DNA from: a virus | Direction: 5' to 3' (one strand) | UHGV virus genome: UHGV-1558314 | Length of the DNA: 64,000 bases | Shown here: positions 58,125-64,000 of the stretch, piece after piece | Position numbering within the stretch: position 1 is the stretch's first letter | Layout of the letters: each line of letters starts with the position of its first letter | Notes under the pieces: generated by a model | What the model saw: only the letters and a program-made list of their open reading frames with translations | What the model was told of the DNA's origin: nothing | Database searches by the model: none | Program-made: the position numbers and the translations under genes

Positions 58125-61100
58125 TTATTTGTGTACTTTTATGCCTGCGCCTTCAAGCAATTCGAAGATGTCAATCAATATCGACATTACAGGATTTGAC
58201 GGGTCATCAGCAAACTCTGCATACTTGTCTGCGCCTTCTACAGGATTGCTTTCAGTGCCAAGCTTGAGCATAGGCTGCATTACACCAGCAGTTGCAGGCA
58301 ATGCATTCATTGAGCTGAAGTTGTCTTTGTCAGTGTCCTTGTTCAAGAATGACTCAAGAGTGTCGAACAGCTTCTTGAGTGATTGAACAAGCGGCCCTTC
58401 TATCGTTGCTGCAACTTGTTTGAGTCCTGCAATCATTTCTTGTGATTGCAATGATTTATATTGAATGTCGAGCTTTGTCAACTTTTCAAAGTTGAGTGAA
58501 TTGATTGCAGTTTGAATGTTCTCAATGTTTGTTGCAGTAGATTGCAGTTCTTTATTACGTGTATCCAGGTTGCCATCAGCAAGAACATCAAAGAATGCGT
58601 CAAGAGATTTACCAACTGTTTGCACTCTATATGTGTTAATGCCTTGCATGCCATCAAACATTGATACGATAGCGCCTACTGCAGCTTTTGCTGTTGGCGC
58701 AAATGTCTTTTCAATGTAATTGACATCAATCTTTGATTGTGAGAAGCCTGTTATGAGATTGACAAGTGGGTCAAGAATTGTACCAATGCCGTCAAAGCCC
58801 TTCTTTGCTTGTTGCATGCGTTTCTTGAAATCTTCACGTTCAGCAGCATTTATGCAAGCATTTACAAGAGAATCAATGACTGATTCAAGACCTGCGCCAA
58901 CTTTTGGTAATGCTTCAGACAAATCAATCGTGCCTACGACTACAAGTTCACCATTTCGAGCTTCATATTTTGGGAACACAAGAGTCGCCATGCCCTTGAT
59001 GCCCTCAGACAATTGATATACGAGATTGCCAAGACCTGACAGCGCGTTGATTGCTTTCTTAGCACCCTTTGCTTTGTCTTCAACGCCATCAAGAGCATCA
59101 ACCATGACCTCAATGAACGTTGCAAGATTGTTGCCAATGCTTGCAAGTTCAGCATCAGTCAAGTTGACTTCTGACATTGTTTTGATTGTCTTTGCAAAGC
59201 TAAGCATTGACAAGCCTACAGCACCAAGTGCTGTGGCGCCAGCAAGCGTAAATGGCAATGTGAATGGGTTGCCTGTCACAGTAGCAACGCCTACTAAAGC
59301 TGCAACAGTGCCAGCAATTGATGCAACATCAAGGTCTTTGACTGTCTGCATCTTTTCAAGTGCAGTAGCAAAAACATATGTTGCAGCACCAGTAGCTGCC
59401 ATAGCAGCTGCACCAAGCAATGCAAGTGGACCAACCAAGCCAAGCGCAGTTGCTGCAGCAGTTACAGTAACTACAAATGCACCAAGTGCAAGCATTGTAG
59501 TGCCATCAACAGATTGAGCTTTGACAAGAGCATTTGCATACATTGTAGTGCCGACTGCAGATAATACAAGTGCAGCGCCACCAAGCAACGCAGTCGCACC
59601 CATATTGCCCAGAATTGCAATTGCGCCAACATTTGCTGCAATAAACAAGCCCATCATGACAGCAGTCTCACCATCAACAGCATTTGCAATCAACAATGCG
59701 CCAGCAAGCAATGCAACGCCAACTGAGGTAATTATAAGCGCACCAGCAGCCATAAGCGGCGAGCCCTTGCTTGATAGAGCCATCAATGCTGCAAGTGCAC
59801 CAGTTACAACTGCAAGTGCTGCACCAGCTTTACCCATGTCTTCCCAATCAAGCAATTTATATGGCAACATTGCAATGCCAAGAATGCCAACTGCTGCAGC
59901 CATCACAATAACACCAGTAGCAATTGACAGCACTTGTTTGCTATCTTTTGCTACTCTTGTCATGACTGTAAATATCGTAGCAAGCACACCAATGCCTATG
60001 CCAGCTTTAATCATGTCTTCTTGCTCAACAATTCGCCAAGCAAATACGCCAAGTGCAAGTACACCAACCGCTGCAGCCATAGCAAGCACGCCTACACCAA
60101 GCTTTTGCATATCACCATCTTTGCCAGCAAGACGATTTGCGCCAGCCATTGCCAATGCAAGCGTAGTAATTGTTATTGCAGGCGCAAATGCATATGTGTA
60201 ATCAGGGATGAGTTCGTGCCAAGCCCAAATTGACAATGCAAGCACTGCTATTGAACCTGCAATCATCATCATTTGAGCGCCAATGCCACCCTTAAGATTT
60301 GAGCCCTCTGTCTGCATTTTGCTAAATGCTTCAGCATTACCTTTGCCAGCAAGCGTCATACCAAGACCTGCGCCGGCAGATGATATGCCATTTGCAAAGC
60401 CAATTGCAAGACCCAATGCAACAATGACACCGAAGATTAAGCCAACGGATTCCCAGCTTGCTTCCATCAATTCGCCTGCAGCAACCACTGCAAGCACAAA
60501 CAGAGCAATTGAGCCTGATAGCATCAGCATTTCTTTGCCCACTGCATTCTGCTGGCCTTTCTTGCCGCTGCCTGAACCAAACAACGATTCACCAGACAAT
60601 GCTTTGCCAAGTACCCAGATTGCTCCACTGACAGCAAGTAAAGCAACTGAGCCCATAGCAACACCGTCCCACGACACATTACTAAACAGCATCATTGACA
60701 ATGCGACCATGCTAAGTGCGCCTGCAATCATCATGACGTTCTTTGCACCAGCTGATGCATCTTTGTCAGTGATTTTGCCAATTGCCCAGTATGCTGCAAT
60801 GAATGTCATTGTGCCAAGCGTGAACATTCCAAGAGCTTCAAATGTCACAAGTTGGCCAAACGCCCATATTGTAAGACCCACAAGAGCAATTGCTGCAGCA
60901 GCTTTCATGACAACCTCTGTTGTTCTATCAAGAGATGCCACAAGTGATTCAACTTGGCTGACCATGTCAGCCACTGCAGTCATTGACTCTTTATGAGATT
61001 TCAGAGTTTCAGCAGCTTTCAAATACGAATCGACAAGCTTATTCAAGGCTGTCTCAAATCTTGGAGCAGCCTTTTCAAGCCTGTCGACAATCAAATCGAT

Positions 61101-61847
61101 AGCCTCAAGACCGCTTTCAAGCTGCAACCGTTTGACAGGCGACATATTTGTCAAAGAGTCAATGATTGTCGCAAAAGCAGTAGCTATCGTGCCCATTTTT
61201 GGGTCAATGTTGGGCGCATTGCTTGCATTGGCCTTGCTGTTTGCGATTGAGTCTTTTTCTTGACGTTCTGCAATGACGTCTGCAAATGTTGTCAAGTCAT
61301 CGAGTTTTGATGACATCAATGCAAAGATGTTGCGTTGATTTTCCTCGATAACTTCAAGATAGACTCTTACAAGGTCACAATGTTGTGTAAATTCAGTATG
61401 CTGTGATTCAACATGCTCTGCAATCACATCAAGCAACACAGAAGCATCTGATATGTTTGTTGCAGCAGCTTTGTTTTCAATATGCTCTGCAATGATTTCG
61501 AGCAATGCGTTTGTGTCAGACAATAATGCAGATACTGATGTTGCTGAAGATGATTCGTCTGTTTGCAGTTCAGATATGATTTGAGCAAGACCAGCAAACA
61601 TATTTGTTTCTGCACTCGAATCTTTTTCTTTCCATGATTGATACAAAACTGCACCAACAGTTGAGCACAATGACGCAACAATAGTGTCATTGCCAACAAT
61701 TGACATGAAAGTGTTTTCAAGCTTTGTCAGCTCATCATCACTGACATCAGTCGAAGATGCTGACGACGTGTCAGCATCTTCGAACTCTTGCCAGTTTGTT
61801 GGCTTGTCGCCTGTAGAATCGTAGACGTTTGTTTTGTCTTCAGCCAT
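58125..61847 (-). CDS. giant protein with N-terminal coiled coil and about 20 Ala/Gly-rich hydrophobic helices (tape-measure-like or membrane-spanning ejection protein)
   Basis: Residues ~330-900 are almost continuous hydrophobic A/G/L/V/I/M segments (e.g. AAAIALVGLTIWAFGQLV, IAGALSMVALSMMLF). Confidence 0.5.
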   Translation of the reverse strand: MAEDKTNVYDSTGDKPTNWQEFEDADTSSASSTDVSDDELTKLENTFMSIVGNDTIVASLCSTVGAVLYQSWKEKDSSAETNMFAGLAQIISELQTDESSSATSVSALLSDTNALLEIIAEHIENKAAATNISDASVLLDVIAEHVESQHTEFTQHCDLVRVYLEVIEENQRNIFALMSSKLDDLTTFADVIAERQEKDSIANSKANASNAPNIDPKMGTIATAFATIIDSLTNMSPVKRLQLESGLEAIDLIVDRLEKAAPRFETALNKLVDSYLKAAETLKSHKESMTAVADMVSQVESLVASLDRTTEVVMKAAAAIALVGLTIWAFGQLVTFEALGMFTLGTMTFIAAYWAIGKITDKDASAGAKNVMMIAGALSMVALSMMLFSNVSWDGVAMGSVALLAVSGAIWVLGKALSGESLFGSGSGKKGQQNAVGKEMLMLSGSIALFVLAVVAAGELMEASWESVGLIFGVIVALGLAIGFANGISSAGAGLGMTLAGKGNAEAFSKMQTEGSNLKGGIGAQMMMIAGSIAVLALSIWAWHELIPDYTYAFAPAITITTLALAMAGANRLAGKDGDMQKLGVGVLAMAAAVGVLALGVFAWRIVEQEDMIKAGIGIGVLATIFTVMTRVAKDSKQVLSIATGVIVMAAAVGILGIAMLPYKLLDWEDMGKAGAALAVVTGALAALMALSSKGSPLMAAGALIITSVGVALLAGALLIANAVDGETAVMMGLFIAANVGAIAILGNMGATALLGGAALVLSAVGTTMYANALVKAQSVDGTTMLALGAFVVTVTAAATALGLVGPLALLGAAAMAATGAATYVFATALEKMQTVKDLDVASIAGTVAALVGVATVTGNPFTLPFTLAGATALGAVGLSMLSFAKTIKTMSEVNLTDAELASIGNNLATFIEVMVDALDGVEDKAKGAKKAINALSGLGNLVYQLSEGIKGMATLVFPKYEARNGELVVVGTIDLSEALPKVGAGLESVIDSLVNACINAAEREDFKKRMQQAKKGFDGIGTILDPLVNLITGFSQSKIDVNYIEKTFAPTAKAAVGAIVSMFDGMQGINTYRVQTVGKSLDAFFDVLADGNLDTRNKELQSTATNIENIQTAINSLNFEKLTKLDIQYKSLQSQEMIAGLKQVAATIEGPLVQSLKKLFDTLESFLNKDTDKDNFSSMNALPATAGVMQPMLKLGTESNPVEGADKYAEFADDPSNPVMSILIDIFELLEGAGIKVHK

Positions 61848-61856
61848 AGTGTATCA

Positions 61857-62111
61857 TCAGAACTTTGGCAGTTCAAAATTGTTGTTGAACTTTGGCATTG
61901 GCAGACTTGTCGGCATCATTGACTTTGCTTTGCGCATGTACGCATCTTGTTGAGCCTTGATGCTTTTATGAGTGCTGCTTTGTGAATCACCATCGCCCTT
62001 TCGAGCCTCTTCTTCAGTCTTGATAAGCTCAAGAACATCATCAAGTAGCCATTGATATTCATAATATGGCAATGCGTCCAATTCAGAAAACTGAAGAGGG
62101 CATTTTTGCAT
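61857..62111 (-). CDS. hypothetical small protein (start trimmed to ATG at 62111)
   Basis: ORF-track start 62255 overlaps upstream gene by 128 nt; internal ATG at 62111 (MQKCPLQF...) lies 17 nt after the upstream stop. Confidence 0.4.
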   Translation of the reverse strand: MQKCPLQFSELDALPYYEYQWLLDDVLELIKTEEEARKGDGDSQSSTHKSIKAQQDAYMRKAKSMMPTSLPMPKFNNNFELPKF

Positions 62112-62127
62112 GATGTATATGCGATTC

Positions 62128-63150
62128 TTACAAAAGTTCCGATTCGAGATTTTGAACTGGTTGAAAAATCTGCTTGATTCCCTCTGGAAATCGAAACGGG
62201 GCTTCACCCTCCATGTGACACTTCGGGCAAGTGAACTTGATATTGTTAGATGCAAGAATCATGCACTTAGACAGAATCTTCAGTTTAAGCGGCAATTCTT
62301 TGAATGCATCCATTGCTTGGAACGATTGACAAATTTGCTCAGCTTTCTTGACATTAAGACCTCGCCAATCAGGTGTAAGCCATTGAGCTGCAAGAATATA
62401 TGTCTTTGCATTCATCAATGTATCTTTGTCAAGTGTTCGCATGTACTCTGCAAAAACTTTGCCAACACCAATTGTCGACGGCTTGAGTACGAGTTCGCCA
62501 TACGAACGAGTTTGAACTCGATAGCAGCCGGTTTCAGAATCAATGTATTTGTCCATTGATTCATCGGGCTCATCCCAAGTCATGTTATCAGCAGTCAAGT
62601 CAAGCTTGAAATTATGCTTGCAAGTGCCTGATGAAATTTCCAGCGTAATTGGGTTTGTCAGCTCAGAGTTCTCAGGGAATGTGAGGTCGTGAATCAACAT
62701 TATTAAGCGCCACTTGTCGTGTTCGTATACATCATCAACTGACCAATGATTCATGCCGGACTTGCTGACACATCGAACACACACCTTAACAATGTCGTTC
62801 AAATATGTTGCTGCTTCAGCTGGATTTGCATTGTCATCAAGATTAGACCAATGACGAATTTCACCTGCTCGGCAAGCTCGATAGATAATTTGCAAATCAC
62901 TTGGGTACAGTCGACCTTGCTTAGCAAGCTTCGTCATGTCAACATTGAACCAGCCAGTGTCTGTAACTTCTGATTGACGTGCTCTTTCTGCAATACGCTC
63001 TTGAGCTACTTCAGTTGCAGCGTCAATTGCGCTGTCATTGATTTTTGTAGCTGCTTCAGCTTCTTCTACTGCAGATGCAAGTGGATTGTTTCGACCTGCA
63101 TTCTCACCACCATCTGCTGGAATGCTAAGACGTTTTCTTTCTTGTGGCAT
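62128..63150 (-). CDS. hypothetical protein (start trimmed to ATG at 63150)
   Basis: Internal ATG (MPQERKRLSIP...) avoids a 74-nt overlap with 63182..63886. Confidence 0.45.
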   Translation of the reverse strand: MPQERKRLSIPADGGENAGRNNPLASAVEEAEAATKINDSAIDAATEVAQERIAERARQSEVTDTGWFNVDMTKLAKQGRLYPSDLQIIYRACRAGEIRHWSNLDDNANPAEAATYLNDIVKVCVRCVSKSGMNHWSVDDVYEHDKWRLIMLIHDLTFPENSELTNPITLEISSGTCKHNFKLDLTADNMTWDEPDESMDKYIDSETGCYRVQTRSYGELVLKPSTIGVGKVFAEYMRTLDKDTLMNAKTYILAAQWLTPDWRGLNVKKAEQICQSFQAMDAFKELPLKLKILSKCMILASNNIKFTCPKCHMEGEAPFRFPEGIKQIFQPVQNLESELL

Positions 63151-63181
63151 ATTGTAATGTGTTTGAATGGTTTTGTTTGTT

Positions 63182-63886
63182 TTATATATTTGACAACTGT
63201 TTGCGTTGTAAAATTGCATGACCGCAGTCATATACTGCAACATAGCCAGCATCAATCATCTCTTGCTCATTTTGTCCGCAGTCTTCAACATGTTCTTTTG
63301 TCTTCAAATGACACCAGTGTTTGCAAATAGTTGACTTGTCATCTGACAATTGTGGATTGAACGCGAAGTCAGTTGAGTCTACTGGTTCGCCTGCAAGATG
63401 CTTTCGAATGACATCGATGACTTCATTGTCATCCATCCATTCAAATATTGTTATGCAAGTGTAGCCATGCTTAAGAGCAAGCTGAGTTTTGTCGAAGTGA
63501 TAGAATTTGCTAACATGCTTATTGTGTGTAGTACGGCCAATTAAATATGCAAAACCATATGTTGAATTGTGTGACCAAGTTGGATTGATTTCAATCAATA
63601 ATTTGCAATGTTCATTACTGTAATTGAGGTCATATGACCATCGCTCAAGATTGACATCATCAAGCCCACAATCAATCCCAAGTTCTTGCAGCAATTTGTC
63701 ATGCCACCAATGGTTTGCTCGTGATTTTACATGACCTTGAGCATCACGACATTTAGCAGTCATACAAAAATATGGGACACCATAGCGTTGCATGTTAGTT
63801 GACGCAATTTTTTGCAAATCGCCTGCAGCAGACCCATATTTTTGTCGTTTTGTTGCAACTGCTACTGCAATATTGCCAAATGACAT
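63182..63886 (-). CDS. homing-endonuclease-like protein (short RYG repeats plus Vsr/DUF559-like nuclease domain); paralog of 21853..22989
   Basis: C-terminal ~170 aa are about 90 percent identical to 21853..22989 (WWHDKLLQELGIDCGLD...KLLIEINPTWSHN...); two QKYG/QRYG repeats at N-terminus. Confidence 0.5.
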   Translation of the reverse strand: MSFGNIAVAVATKRQKYGSAAGDLQKIASTNMQRYGVPYFCMTAKCRDAQGHVKSRANHWWHDKLLQELGIDCGLDDVNLERWSYDLNYSNEHCKLLIEINPTWSHNSTYGFAYLIGRTTHNKHVSKFYHFDKTQLALKHGYTCITIFEWMDDNEVIDVIRKHLAGEPVDSTDFAFNPQLSDDKSTICKHWCHLKTKEHVEDCGQNEQEMIDAGYVAVYDCGHAILQRKQLSNI

Positions 63887-64000
63887 CTATATACTTTAAT
63901 GTACCAAACTGGAAATAGGCTATCCTAATGCAAATATAGGATTTTTCTTTGAAAATCCATATTCAAGGTAAAATACAAGTCATTAAAAGTCAACCATAAC

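Noticed and set aside
59026-60996. Plus-strand ORFs 59026..59517, 59521..60201 and 60283..60996
   Set aside because: Antisense to the Ala/Gly-rich hydrophobic region of the 1240-aa gene; GC-rich repetitive codons keep the opposite frame open.
63939-63958. Hairpin ggatttt-tctttg-aaaatcc near the window end as a terminator
   Set aside because: Short 7-bp stem with a weak U-tract, and the gene it would terminate lies outside the window.
1-64000. CRISPR array, tRNA/rRNA genes, integrase or lysogeny module
   Set aside because: No regularly spaced direct repeats with unique spacers, no cloverleaf-like sequences noticed in the larger intergenic gaps, and no recombinase signatures; tRNA absence is not proven without a tRNA-scan.

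Overview
This 64-kb window reads as a densely packed, almost entirely minus-strand segment of a large tailed dsDNA bacteriophage genome. I found no integrase, rRNA, tRNA or CRISPR array by eye. Genes I can support from motifs: a single-chain Mre11/SbcD-Rad50/SbcC fusion, an SF2 DEAH helicase, thioredoxin, dCMP deaminase, a P-loop dNMP-kinase-like protein, a KdsC-like HAD phosphatase, at least three glycosyltransferase-like genes (including two duplicated two-gene modules), a papain-family (C1) cysteine peptidase, a sigma-70-family factor, two homing-endonuclease-like paralogs, three tandem BACON-like proteins, and very large tail/virion proteins. The strongest candidate for a novel system is a 3-kb strand-switched cassette (about 28.0-31.2 kb): a near-identical ~115-bp promoter/leader module sits in inverted orientation at both ends, and four G7 homopolymer tracts lie in short leader ORFs at frame junctions with four small genes, consistent with a phase-variable or frameshift-controlled locus. 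Other signals: no GATC in ~15 kb scanned by eye (~50 expected), a recurring palindromic intergenic motif, tandem intergenic repeats, and a candidate nucleotide/glycan modification island at 0-15 kb. All functional calls are from motif reading only; no database search was run.
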